Counted from the first letter of the whole stretch, positions 36,450 to 49,400 are shown. The stretch: DNA of 63,779 nucleotides, filler included, from Octopus bimaculoides (GCF_001194135.2; 6 parts of 6 records of this genome joined end to end with filler, not necessarily neighbours in it); one strand, 5' to 3'. The notes: generated by a model from the sequence alone, not told the origin. Program-made: numbers and translations.

Positions 36450-38860
36450 TCGAAATCTATCACCCACTCTGGTGAGAGCTTTGCACGTTGTGATCTTCTC
36501 AAACTGGGAACCTCATTCTCTACCTCTTCTCCACAATCATCATCCGACGAAGCGACAATCCTACGAACATCCAAGGCATGACGCTGCATTCTATCCAGAG
36601 ATGTTAGTTTTGGAGTTGACAGCCGTCACTATTCCTTTGTTCCACTGAGTTGTGCAGCGTGCCTTTGGTGGCTTGACCCAGACTTCATCTCCCACCTCCA
36701 CGAAGTCGGACCCTCTCTCTTCTACAGAGCATCTCGATGGTTTACTCGGATGCCGCCATTCATATTTGAATATCACTCTGTGTAGCACGAACTCTTTGGC
36801 CTGTCCTAATCGGCGAGACATGTCCCCTCTCCACGATCCCATTTCCACTCGGCCTGTATGCCGCTCTGAAAAAGCGGTGCACTTTCCACCTGTCAAGCAT
36901 CTCCTTCAGCGCCTCCGAACGAAATGTTGTGCTGTTGTCCATCAGCAATTCGTCCACAGGGTCCCCCTCTAAGAATACCTCGTTTAGAATACGTGCCATC
37001 TCGTCCGCAGTGCCTGTCCTCAATTCTCTCCAAATGGCCATCCGGCCCGGCCCACAATCGACCATCGAGAGATATGTCCCCTGCCAGTAGCGTGTTACAT
37101 CAACTGCTAGTTGTCTCCAGTTGTGTTCTACCGAAATGTTTCCCTGTTAATGTACACCCGGAGCAAGGTCAATGGATTGACACCTGTCGCAGTTCCCAAC
37201 CACCTTTTGAATGCTCTGTCTGATAACGTCGGGGTCAATCCTCCTGGCGAGATACAGGGTCCTATCCACGTCCATATGATGCATGGCATGCAGTCTCCTT
37301 AGTTCGGAGTCGTTTAACTGACACACCGCAGTTACCCCTTGCTTCGATTCTTCCGACTCCTCTAACCAGGTCTTTTTTTTAACCCTGGTTAGAGTGTCTG
37401 CCATGTTTCTCTCTGAAGGCACAAGGACTACATTCAGCTTCAGGCCGAACTCGCCAATCAGCTCCCCTAGGATCCCTAAGTGGCGCTTCACTAGCATTTC
37501 CGCATCCCCTTTGGTTCGCATCCTCTTCTCGTCGATGGTCACCGATCCTACCCAGCCAAGCACGGTAGCCGGATCTGTCCTGATATCGATAGAGCGGAGC
37601 CTTCATTTCAAGGCCAAATGCACTCCCTTCAGTACTATGTCCAACTCAGAGACATTGGTGTGGTTGTAGTCGCCTGCTTTTCGAAGTCAGGCGGCATCCT
37701 CCACTTCAGTACCTCCGATTTCCAACACAACCCCTATCGCAATGCTGCTAGCATCACCATACGGTCCCGCAATCCGATCTGGGAACCTGCCAGTTCCCTC
37801 TAACTGGGTTTTCCGCTCTCGTCCTCACCAGGATTTCCCAACGTCATCGCCACCATTCCTACTCCCACCTTGTCACTCCATTTCTCCCCTTCTACTCGTC
37901 TCTTGGTGTAGCTGCATGCCGTACGCAGTCACCCCGCGATCGGATAGTGATCTACTAACTTCCTGCACATTGAGAACAGTTCTCTCATGCTGACGTTGGT
38001 ACCCAGCTATGGAATCTCGCTCCCCCTACGAAATACCAACCCGCCTTTTCTGTCTCTCTGTAGCTTAAGCCCCAGTGCAGCTCCTCCAGCCATTGGCTCC
38101 GGTGGATTCCGAATTTCTTCTGTGGCAGGAACTACGGTTTCGTCCACTAGGATGTCATCTATGTAAGAACTGGTGGCCCTTCTTATTCTATCCACCTTTC
38201 CCAGGATGGATTTGAGCACTGTCGCCATGATCTTCGGCGCAGAATTCAGCCCAAAATCCAGACTTGTCAGATAATATGTCCGGCCTTGCATCGCACCAGT
38301 TGGTACTGCCACAGTTCATCGTTCACATGGAGTTGCAAATATGCCGACTGCAAGTCGACGATCGTCGTTGCTTTAGTCGACTGCCTCCATACGCGCAGCG
38401 TCTCATCGCAAACGTCGGTCGCCTCGCCACCTATGTGGTACGGTACATGGCCGATCATCTCCCGAAAGTCCAGTACCAGTCTAACTTTGCCCTTTGTTGA
38501 CTGTACCACTGCCATTAGAGGTAGCACTCCGCTCACCCCTCCTCCTTCCACGGGATAAAGGCACCTTCCTTAATCCACTTCTCTAAATCTTCTTCAAACT
38601 CGCTCCGGGCGTCAATTCCGTCTACCACGTGGTCGATCACGATCGCTCGCAGCTTTAGCGTTGTGCCGCGCACAGCTATATCCACATCGCTGCTACCCTT
38701 GTATCCGATTTCGCTGCCGTCGCTACTCGTCCCCTTCCATTTCTTTGTCACCCTCGGAGTCACTAGAGTCGTCGTGCATCCCGTGTTCACGAGAGCCTTG
38801 AACGTATTTCCTCTGACCACGGCCCCAACTACGGGCGGCAGTGACTTCACCAACGTCTCT
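36450..38860 (-). pseudogene. pol: Gypsy pol (PR, RT, RNase H, integrase), frameshifted
   Basis: FKALVNTGCTTTLV (PR), GKVRLVLDFR / IVDLQSAYLQL / FGLNSAPKIM / SYIDDILV (RT), WCDASS (RH), HAMHH...CDRC (IN zinc finger), LMDNSTTF...NGIVER (IN core), VGDEVWVK. Confidence 0.9.
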
Positions 38861-39610
38861 ACTCGTTCGCGGATGAAGTTTGAGAGGCAACAACTCCCCC
38901 GTGGCCTTTTCCCAGGTAACAATTTCGGGCGATATGCCCAGTCTGTTTGCACCGGTAGCAAACCGGTCCAGGCTCCGCGCAGTCCCTCACCATGTGCAGT
39001 CCTTGGCACTTAAAACACCGGCCTATGAACAGTCGCTGTAGTTCCACAGCAGACTTCTTTCCGTCCTTCACCGGCCGTCGCACAGCGTCGTGTATTTCTG
39101 CAGCCGCTACCACCACTGCCTTCCGCCCGGTGTTTTGTGTCAACACGCGGGCTTGAACGATGAGCTAACTCATCGCCATTTTGTTGCCGCCTGGCAACTG
39201 TTGTAGTCGCACCCACACGTCGTGGGGAAAGCCATTCACAAAGGCCAGTTGTGCTACTTTCTCAAGTCCGTCACTGGTAAGACCAGACAACACAACCAGC
39301 CTCCGTACCTCCGCAGCGTATTCGTCGACCTGTTCTCTTCTCCATCAGATCGTTCTCAGCTTAGCTCTCCATCTGTGTAAGTCTCTCACAAGAGCTGCTC
39401 GATCTTCGCCGCGTTCAGTTGTTCTTTGTCCATTTTGAGGTAAAGTGCCAGCGCACTCCGCTCCAAATACAAGGCTATGAGGCTCGCTACATCTTTGATG
39501 CCTTGTAGCTTGGTCACAACTTTGGCCTCTCGAATCCAGGCTACTATGTCACCTTCGCCATAGAAAAGTCTGATAACACCACTGCCGATTCTTATCTTCA
39601 CTGCCATCAT
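38859..39610 (-). pseudogene. gag: Gypsy gag with two CCHC knuckles, frameshifted
   Basis: FYGEGDIVAWIREAKVVTKLQGIKDVASLIALYLERSALALY; CFKCQGLHMVRDC and CYRCKQTGHIARNC. Confidence 0.85.
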
Positions 39611-39655
39611 ATATCAAGCGGACAACGACGTCTGTATACAATTGCCGAAATAGTT

Positions 39656-39905
39656 TGTCGTGCGTGGGAAATGAAAAGAGGTTGATCTACCTTCCTTTCT
39701 CATCTGCGCCTGTCTAGTAGTAGTCACTCCAGCGATCCTGCCCTACTCTTTCACCCAGTATAAGCAGCTGCCATCTGACCAATCTGGGAGGGAATTCCCT
39801 CGGCCAGCCCTGCCCTGTCTCTCCCGCACTTACCTTCTCATGCTTCTTCCGGTCAGTCCCTTGACCATTGACGTCATGACCCACTTCTTCCGGTTCATCC
39901 CCACA
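39656..39905 (-). repeat. 5' LTR (250 bp)
   Basis: TGTCGTGCGTGGGAA...CATCCCCACA, counterpart of 36117-36401. Confidence 0.95.
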
Positions 39906-40045
39906 GAAATGCATGGTGGTTCCTCCATATAATATCCATTTACTTTAACAGATACACGTATTGTATATAAATCATTGGAGAAATGCATGCTGGTTCTTCC
40001 ATATAATATCCATTTACTTTAACAGATACAAAGTATTGTACATAA
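39906..40045. repeat. same minisatellite, right part (rest of unit 4 plus unit 5)
   Basis: GAAATGCATGGTGGTTCCTCCATATAATATCC... resumes exactly where 36116 stopped. Confidence 0.93.
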
Positions 40046-40066
40046 GAACTCAAAATTTCATTGCAG

Positions 40067-40140
40067 TGGGTCTATAAAGAAGAGTGAGTCATTTTTACAG
40101 AAACTCAATATACCAGGCCTGTTGAAGAAGAAAAAGTCAG
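40067..40140 (+). CDS. candidate 74-bp internal exon, phase 2-1 (GSIKKSESFLQKLNIPGLLKKKKS)
   Basis: ATTTCATTGCAG acceptor, CAG|GTAAAT donor, a single open frame whose phase matches the 33379-33423 exon. Confidence 0.5.
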
Positions 40141-40194
40141 GTAAATTTCTTTAATATACGTATCTTCAAACTACGCCACAATTGTTGATGTCAA

Positions 40195-40320
40195 TTTAGG
40201 CAATACGAAATCACCGAGGCCAATTTTGACATTCACCCCTTTGGTGTCAATAAATAAAGTACCAGTCAAGTACTGGGGTCGATTTAATCAACTATTGCCC
40301 CGACTCCTAAAATTTCTAGT
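40195..40320 (+). mobile_element. SINE family B, 3' part
   Basis: AATAAAGTACCAGTCAAGTACTGGGGTCGATTTAATC. Confidence 0.7.
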
Positions 40321-40385
40321 TATGTAGTTTAATTTGCTGAATGATTTGAATGACTAAAACAAGTTGAAGAAAATTATTGTAGAAG

Positions 40386-40449
<64 letters not shown>

Positions 40450-40549
40450 NNNNNNNNNNNNNNNNNNNNNNNNNNNNNNNNNNNNNNNNNNNNTTAATTA
40501 ATTAANNNNNNNNNNNNNNNNNNNNNNNNNNNNNNNNNNNNNNNNNNNN

Positions 40550-40592
<43 letters not shown>

Positions 40593-41114
40593 GCGCTACA
40601 TCTGTAAAAGTCTGCATATTATTTACAACTTTGGTTCGCAAAGGAAGCCAATGACTTATCCGACTATAACTACTACTGATTGATCAAATATTCCTGAATT
40701 AAAGTTTAAGTTTGTTTAGTATATTAAAATACTTTTAATGAATAATGCTTAACATTGGTTTCTATTAGATTTCAGAGGCTTATTGGTAGGAATTTTTCAC
40801 AATATCTCCCGGTCAGAATGCTCAAGTTAACGCTTAGTCCTTATTTAAACTATTTTTGTTTTCTATCCCATACTCATGAGTTCTATAACAGTTAATCACT
40901 ACTGATTACGTCATAAGAATTTAGAAACTTCGAGAGACGTGAAATAATTCGTTTTCAACCGTGCAACTCGAAGTTGATAAAGCTATGAATAATAGCATGA
41001 AAATATCGGGTAAAAAAACATTTAGATAGAAAAAGTCGAATGTATAAGCATAGTGGTAACCTTAGAATCGGAGAATAAAGAATCTAGTTAAATCAGTCAA
41101 ATTTGTTATCGTTT

Positions 41115-41350
41115 ATTTTTACTTGTTTCATTCATTAGACTGCGGTGATGCTGGGTTATCGCCTTGAAATGTTCAATCGAACAAATTGGCCCCAGAAATT
41201 TTTGAAGTATTTTTAAAGCCTGGTATTTTTAAAGCTGGGTATTTATTTTATTGAATCCTTTTTGCCGAACCGCTAGTTTACAGGGACATAAACAAACCAA
41301 CGCTGGTTGTCGAGAGATGGTGGGGACAAGCACAAAGCTACACACACAAG
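41115..41350 (-). mobile_element. SINE family A, 3' half
   Basis: TTTTACTTGTTTCATTCATTAGACTGCGG...TTTTGCCGAACCGCTAG...GGGGACAAGCACA. Confidence 0.75.
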
Positions 41351-42450
41351 GAGTACCTAATGTATGTTTTGGAAGCTATAGTTATTTATTAAAAAAAGAC
41401 TGAGAACTCTTTTCTCGACTCGACTTTCACGCCAGTGCGATTATCAGGCGATGTGTGTGTGTGTGTGTGTGCGTGTGTGTGTGTGCGTGCGTGCGTGTGC
41501 GTGTGTGTGTGCGTGTGTGTGCGTGTGTATGTGTGTGTGTATACGATGCAACTTTCAGTTTTTGTTTACCAGCTGCACCCNNNNNNNNNNNNNNNNNNNN
41601 NNNNNNNNNNNNNNNNNNNNNNNNNNNNNNNNNNNNNNNNNNNNNNNNNNNNNNNNNNNNNNNNNNNNNNNNNNNNNNNNNNNNNNNNNNNNNNNNNNNN
41701 NNNNNNNNNNNNNNNNNNNNNNNNNNNNNNNNNNNNNNNNNNNNNNNNNNNNNNNNNNNNNNNNNNNNNNNNNNNNNNNNNNNNNNNNNNNNNNNNNNNN
41801 NNNNNNNNNNNNNNNNNNNNNNNNNNNNNNNNNNNNNNNNNNNNNNNNNNNNNNNNNNNNNNNNNNNNNNNNNNNNNNNNNNNNNNNNNNNNNNNNNNNN
41901 NNNNNNNNNNNNNNNNNNNNNNNNNNNNNNNNNNNNNNNNNNNNNNNNNNNNNNNNNNNNNNNNNNNNNNNNNNNNNNNNNNNNNNNNNNNNNNNNNNNN
42001 NNNNNNNNNNNNNNNNNNNNNNNNNNNNNNNNNNNNNNNNNNNNNNNNNNNNNNNNNNNNNNNNNNNNNNNNNNNNNNNNNNNNNNNNNNNNNNNNNNNN
42101 NNNNNNNNNNNNNNNNNNNNNNNNNNNNNNNNNNNNNNNNNNNNNNNNNNNNNNNNNNNNNNNNNNNNNNNNNNNNNNNNNNNNNNNNNNNNNNNNNNNN
42201 NNNNNNNNNNNNNNNNNNNNNNNNNNNNNNNNNNNNNNNNNNNNNNNNNNNNNNNNNNNNNNNNNNNNNNNNNNNNNNNNNNNNNNNNNNNNNNNNNNNN
42301 NNNNNNNNNNNNNNNNNNNNNNNNNNNNNNNNNNNNNNNNNNNNNNNNNNNNNNNNNNNNNNNNNNNNNNNNNNNNNNNNNNNNNNNNNNNNNNNNNNNN
42401 NNNNNNNNNNNNNNNNNNNNNNNNNNNNNNNNNNNNNNNNNNNNNNNNNN

Positions 42451-42492
<42 letters not shown>

Positions 42493-42740
42493 TCACACAC
42501 ACACACACGCACACATAAATGTATGTATGCATGCATAATATGTATGTATATGCGTATGTATGTTAGAAATTATTTTTCCATATATTTCGTCCTTCTTAAT
42601 GTTTTAACGCAACAAAAAATATGTCGAATGAAGGCAACAGACGTGGTAGTGATGTCTTGACAAATAGGACAATCGCGTTGGTGGCAATGGTGATTGAATT
42701 TATAGTGGTGGCGATGATGGTGGTGGTAGTGGAGTCGTCG

Positions 42741-42772
<32 letters not shown>

Positions 42773-43095
42773 GGTGGTCGAGGTAGCAGCGGCGAAGGCG
42801 TTGTTGTTGACGGCGGTGGTGTAACAGTATGATGGAAGGTATGAGTGGAAAGATCAGAGTAGTTTGAAGTCTAAAAGATGACAGTAAAATATTTGTTCTT
42901 GTTCTTGTTTAACCCTTGTCAGCACTGGAAGAGAAAATTGTGATCACGCTATCATTTTTCAAACAAACTATATCTAGGGCATCTTTTTCGGATGCAATGA
43001 TTGGAGTGAAATTTGGTTTCTATTTCTGCCAATCTGAGCGACCACGATGAGGTTCCCTTATTACCTCGTTATGCTGTTATTGTTAATGGTGATAG

Positions 43096-43130
<35 letters not shown>

Positions 43131-44095
43131 ACATCATCAAAAGCAAGAACAAAAACAACAGCAAGAACAAAATCAACACCAACAACAACAACATCAACAA
43201 CAATAACAGCAACCATAACTGAATACTTAAGGAAGAAATCTCAGGAATGAAATATAACTGTTTTTCCTTCGTTTTCCCCATTTTATTTCCCCCGAAATCT
43301 AACCAATCGCAATAGCAGAATCAAAGTAAAACGCATTTTAAGATATTTTCAAATAAATAGTTTCTGTAAATCGCAGAAGTAGGAGGTTAAAAGAAGAAAA
43401 CTATAATTCATGCTAGTCTCCCCGTTAAAAAAAAAATTGTTATTCTACTCCGACGTATGCAGAAGTAACAACAGCCTCTCACCCTCTTACATCTACATGC
43501 AAGCAACCAATCTGTATTTATTCAACGCTTTCTCTATTTCTGTCACTTTTTAATGTTCCCTTATTTGTGTCACCCCTCTCTCAAAGTTTGTCGGTTCCTC
43601 TTCGCTTAATATGGTTCTCATCATAAGAAATAACCGTTTGGAACACATCAAATATTAAACTTTAAATTTAATATGATGTTAATTATTATTTTATATAAAT
43701 AAAGTATACAAATCATTCACATAAACTAAGGAAAAAAAAACGAAAAATGTCAAATGCTGCTAAGTTTAGCGAATATTCAGAAATAACGCTGCACTAGTGT
43801 TATTGAAGCGCATATGTATATATTTATGTAGGGTAACTGAAATACCGTTGACATAACTGAATGGCGAGGCGTAGCTTTTATTTTGTCAAAATAATACTGG
43901 TTAAAACAACATTTACTAAAATAAAGCATATATATAAAATGATTAAATACGGTCCCACATATTTCCAAGATTTGAAAAACATTGGGTATATTTATCCTTT
44001 TTGTTTGTGAATTCTATAATCTCAGGTTGTTTAACTTTCATTGTCTGGGATGCACAAAATATGCTTTTTATATGGAGTATATTTTGTATTGGCTG

Positions 44096-44142
<47 letters not shown>

Positions 44143-44230
44143 AGAGAGAGAGAGAGAGAGAGAGAGGAAAGAATAAATAGAACTCTATTGTGTACTCTAA
44201 TACATTCTTAACGGAATACACCTCAAAACT

Positions 44231-44242
<12 letters not shown>

Positions 44243-44273
<31 letters not shown>

Positions 44274-44640
44274 ATATATATATGTGTGTGTGTATATATA
44301 TATGTGTGTGTGTATATATATATGTGTGTGTGTATATATATATGCGTGTGTGTATATATATATGTGTGTGTGTGTATATATATATGTGTGTGTGTGTATA
44401 TATATGTGTGTGTGTGTATATATATGTGTGTGTGTGTGTATATATATATGTGTGTGTGTGTATATATATATGTGTGTGTGTGTATATATATGTGTGTGTG
44501 TGTGTATATATATGTGTGTGTGTGTGTATATATATGTGTGTGTGTGTGTATATATATGTGTGTGTGTGTATATATATATATATATGTATGTATATATATG
44601 TGTGTGTATGTATATATATGTGTGTGTACACACACACGCA
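44243..44640. repeat. compound (TA)m(TG)n higher-order dinucleotide array
   Basis: Alternating short TA and TG blocks with a ~20-24-bp period. Confidence 0.95.
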
Positions 44641-44769
44641 CACGCACACATATATACATACAATAAATAAGAACAGTAACAAACGAGGGAAGAAAAAAGA
44701 TATATAGTGCTAGTGTTTATTTCGCCAAAAAAGAATAATATTCTATTCTCTTTATCTCTTTATTCTCTT

Positions 44770-46474
44770 AATCTACTACTACTAAATCGGGCCTTCTAGC
44801 TTCTATTACTTTATCAGTCTGAATGTTAAAGTCCCACAACATCTATATGTCTTACTTTCTGGTATTTTACTAGGTTCATGTTCAGACCATTTATTAGCAT
44901 GTTGAAATCCTAGCTTTCTACATAGCTCTCAGTGGATTTACTCTCCCTAGGTTTTCATGTCTTGTATTCTTTCTGTATCAGCATGCTTCATTCACTATAT
45001 GAGTAACGCTTTCCTCTTTTGATTTGCATAACCTACATTGGGAATCTACTTGGTTTTTCTGTATCTTGGCTTTTATCCAATTAGTCTTTAATGCTTGATC
45101 TTGTGCAGCTACTAACAAACGTTCTGTCTCCCTTTTCAGCTTTCCTTTCTTCAACCATAGCCATGTCTCACTACTACTTTTTGCTGCAACTATCTTTGAC
45201 AATCTGTCATGTAACGCCTTCTCCTGCCAGTTAGATAATTTATGTTATCTTATTTTCTGGTTTTTAACTTCGTTTAGGTTTTTTGTTTCCCGATGTCATG
45301 CTGTGATTCTAGCAAATTTTAATAAACTTTCTTCACTATTAACAACATCGGAGTCTATATCTACTGTAGCTAACCCCGCGCAATCTTCTACTGATATCAA
45401 CCCTCTTCTGCTTTCCTTTCTAGGAAAGAATAATCTTGTTACACCTGCCCGTGGATGGAGTCCTCCATTCATATTCAGTTCCTTCCTAGTTCTTCTGTTT
45501 CGCTTAGCTAATTCAGTTTTTTCCCACTCTACAAGAGCTGCTGAGTATCTAAGTAATTATACTGTCCATGAATTTACAGCCTTCACTGGATTCGGACCAT
45601 TCAGCTTTGACTTAATTAGCTTCCTCACTTTTATGATGTACTCCTCAATTTTCGTTTTCATTTCTGTAATTAGCACTCTGTCAGATTCTAATACTCCTAG
45701 ATACTTATAACTCTCTCTTCTTTTCAATGATTTTAATGTCTGGACACCTGGTAATTGGTTGCTTTCGCTGTTGAGAACCTGCCTCTTTCTCATGACTAAT
45801 ATAGCACACTTATCTATGCCAAATGTCATGCCTACATCTTTGCTGACGAGTCTTAGTCTGTATTAATGAATCTATCTCTTTTTCATTATTACTAAAAAGC
45901 TTCAGATCATACATTTTTACTTACTGATACCCTGCCTTTACGTTCCTTAATACTAAACTGAAGGAGACGAAACATAAGACAAATATTTAAGGAGACAACG
46001 AGTCCCCCTGGGAAATTCCTCTTTTGATATTAACTTTCCCTAAGACTGTGTCACATGAGTAGAGATCTACTTTCCATTTTTTCATGCTAAAGATAATTAA
46101 TTCTCTTCTATACTGAATATACTCAAAAATTCACTGATCCATGCTATTGTTAGATTTTTCTTTTTAGCTTTTACTTCATTTAGAACTGCTTTGTCGACGT
46201 ATAATAGATCATTCATTTTTCTAGCCTTCTTCTTGCAACCTTTCCTTCTGGCAGTAAATTCTGGTTGTCAAGGTGTTCGTAAATGCTTTCGGAAAGCATT
46301 CCTGTTAACAGCTTCCACACTAATGGTAAGCAAGTGATTGACGTATAGTTGCTCTTATCTTTCATAATGAGTATTGTCCTCCCTTTAGTTATCCATTCTG
46401 GAATTATTCCTCCATTAAGGCAATCCTGAAGTTGTTCCCTCAGCTTCTCATGTACTACTTAATTTTTTTAGCCA
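44770..46474 (-). mobile_element. R4/Dong-type LINE, copy B (RT to start of RLE; both ends missing)
   Basis: WLKKLSSTHEKLREQLQ, IPEWITKGRTILIMK, FGIDKCAILVM...YKYLGVLE, WLKKGKLKRETERLLVAAQDQAL...CRLC..KEESVTHIV, WDFNIQTDKVIEARRPDLVVVD. Confidence 0.88.
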
Positions 46475-49400
46475 ATTATTATTATTATCATTATTTTTAC
46501 TTTTAATCTGCAACTTTGTTAGTCACTTGCCGAGACAGACCCAGCGTCCTGAGGCGAGTGAAGGATGAGAGATGTTACAATATGACTGAAAACTTAGGAA
46601 GGGGAGGGGAGGTAGTGGAATATCTTCATGTAATACAACACAGACATTTAAATGGATAGAGTTTTTCTAAAGATGTGGGCAGCACTTTTTAGCACAATCT
46701 TTTGGATTTCTCTGAGACACGGTTCCCCTGGGATCTTATCTAGATGTTTCTGACATCCCTTTTTATCATACCTAGGGCACCTACAATAACAAGAACGGTT
46801 CTCGTTTTAAAAAAACCACATCTTTTTTATTTCAATTTTCAGGTTCTTATATTTACTTAGTTTGTCAAATTCCTTGTTAGATATATTTTTATCAGTAGGA
46901 ACGCTTACATCTATTAGTCTACAAGTATTTTCTTCTCTGTCTGGTCGATTAGCCTGGATCATTCTGTCAGTGTTGACTGGAAAATTCCAGAGGATAGTGA
47001 CATTTTTACCTTCAATGTCTGGCTCAGGATGATGTTCATACCGATAAATAGGAGTGATGAATTTGTAGTGTTTACATATTTCCAATGTAAATACAGTCCT
47101 ACCCTATTGTGGCGATTTTTATATTCGTTTGGTGTCAGCAAAGAAGAAACCGGGACGAGATGGTCTATTGTTTCATCAGATGTGTCGCAGAATCTGCATT
47201 TAGAGTCAGAACCGTTTTGAAGAACGTTAGATGATAATTCTTGTGAGCAAGCTTTGCTCTTGTGCCGCCAATATGAAACCTTCAGTCTTTGCTTTCAGTC
47301 CTGAACTTCTCAACCACTGATGTGTTGTTGCTTGTTCTACATCAGCATTTCGACTTCGAAGTATATACTGGCCATGCAGAGGCAACTGGCTCCATCGCTC
47401 AACAATGTTTCTGCCCGTTCTTTTTTGCAGTTTTCTTGATCCATTTTGCTTGTTTTGTGGCAGTGGTTTCAGGTTTTTCAACTGTTTTAGAGTTAATGCC
47501 AAGTTCCCTTGCGAATTTGCAAGCTTCCTTGACAATAGAATGCGACTTTTTGCTGCTTTCGTGTTTTCAATCAAGTCGCAGTGTCCAATTCTCGGTACTA
47601 GATAAGTACCTGTTCATTGCTATTGTGGAGGTCTTATAACACAGTTGACCCTGCATCATTTCTTTTCCCCCATTACCTCTAGGTAGGTACAGACGATCAA
47701 CATCTGCTTTTGGGTGGTGCATGTTCTTAGAAGTTAGTATTTTTCTTGTCTTCCTGTCCAGGCGTTGGAGCTCTGTAAGATTCTAGTTAATAATGTTAAA
47801 ACTATATTGGACTACTGGAAGTGCCAGGGTGTTAATTGCTTCGATGCAATTTTTAGAGTTCAGTTTTTAGTATGAGTCTTATTCTCCTTTCTTATTTTTT
47901 CCTTCATAATAGCATGTAGTATACAATCTCCTTCGTTTATCCCCAGGTATTTGTAATTTCCCTATGGGTTACGCTCCTTGATGGTAATGTTGATATCTAA
48001 TTTAATGGAAGCTGTTTGCCTGCGCTTGCCTCTTACAAAAGTTGTTTTAGCACATTTACCAAGGCCAAAGTCTGTCCCAATATCATTGCTTCATTTTTTA
48101 ACAGTTGTTAGCAGTCTTACTAGCTCTTCGTCGTTTCTAGCTTCATATCGTCGATATACAACAGATGGTTTATTGTCGTATTATAAACTTTGAACCTATA
48201 CTTGTTATTTAGTTCGTTTGAGAGTGGGATCAGTGCTATGCAAAAGAGTAATGGGGAGAGGGAGTCACTTTGAAAGATGCCTTGTTTGATGATGACGTTG
48301 TTAGTTTGGTTCATCCCATTACGATGGAAATGTGTGTTCCATTAAGGAAACGTGTGTTCCATTAAGGAAACGTGTGTTCCATTAAGGAAACGTGTGTTCC
48401 ACTTGGCCATGCAACCTTGTAAGAATTTGGAAATGACAGGAGAGATCATATATATTTCAAGGGCCTTGAGTATCCAATTATGTGGGACACTAGCAAACGC
48501 TTTCCTGTAGTCTGTCCATGTCATACTCAGGTTTTTCTTTTTGCTCCGGCAACTCCCTACAATCATTTTACTTATGAGTAATTGATCATGAACCCATAAC
48601 AACCCCTTTTACCGCCTTTTGAGATTGTGGAAGGATAGATCTCTGTTCAAGGAAAGCGTTTATACTGTCAGTTAATATGGATGAGAGGATCTTGTAAGTG
48701 ATGTTGAGATATGTTATTGGTCGGTAGTTCTTTGGTATTTTTGTGTCTTCAGTTTTTGACAGAAGGTATGTTGTTCTTTCGGTCAGCCAGGCAGGTATTT
48801 GCTCTGGGTTCTGGATGACATCAGTCAGAGATGCAGCGAAATTTTGTTGTACTTCTGTCAGACAATTTAGCCAGATGTTAGGAATTCTGTCCAGTCCTGG
48901 AGTTTTCCGTTTGTGAGACTTCCTAAGAACACATCTTAGCTATTACCATCCATTTCTCCTCTGCAACTTCATCTAGTCTCACTTTCTCACGTTCTATCCA
49001 GTCAACGTTAGCATTATACTCCTTTTTGTTGCTCCATATCTTCTTCCACAATTCTTCCATTTCCTCAGTCTTACATGGCTCATTTACTGCTATCTTACTT
49101 GTACCAATTTCCCTACAAAATGTCTTTGCATCCGTCTTGAATATTTTGTTTTTTCGATAAAATTTGATTTGTTTTCATACCTTTTAAGCCGTTGGGCTTT
49201 CAGTTAAATTCGTTGTTTCAATTGAAGGTTTATAAAATCTTTGATTTTATATTTTTGCATGGTTTTTCTAACTCGTTTCGTCATAACATTTACTCCTGTA
49301 ACAAGTTCATCTAAAACTGATATATCCACCCACAGAGATTCTATCTCTTTTTGTATTGCTGCTTTCGACTTAGGAGGTCTATTGACATGGTTGGTCCTTT

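Larger units (their letters stand above)
36117..39905 (-). mobile_element. Ty3/Gypsy LTR retrotransposon, structurally complete but decayed
   Basis: Two TG...CA LTRs, 5-bp TSD GAAAT at 36112-36116 and 39906-39910, polypurine tract GAGGGGGGGGGCG at 36402-36414, domain order gag-PR-RT-RH-IN. Confidence 0.95.

Noticed and set aside
41427-42660. Longest ORFs in the track (also 57033-58157 and 61008-61668)
   Set aside because: They are N-runs translated as X and flanked by dinucleotide repeats.
43943-44707. Long YI/HT/CV-repeat ORFs (also 62818-63375 and others)
   Set aside because: Translations of (TA)n, (CA)n and (TG)n microsatellites.
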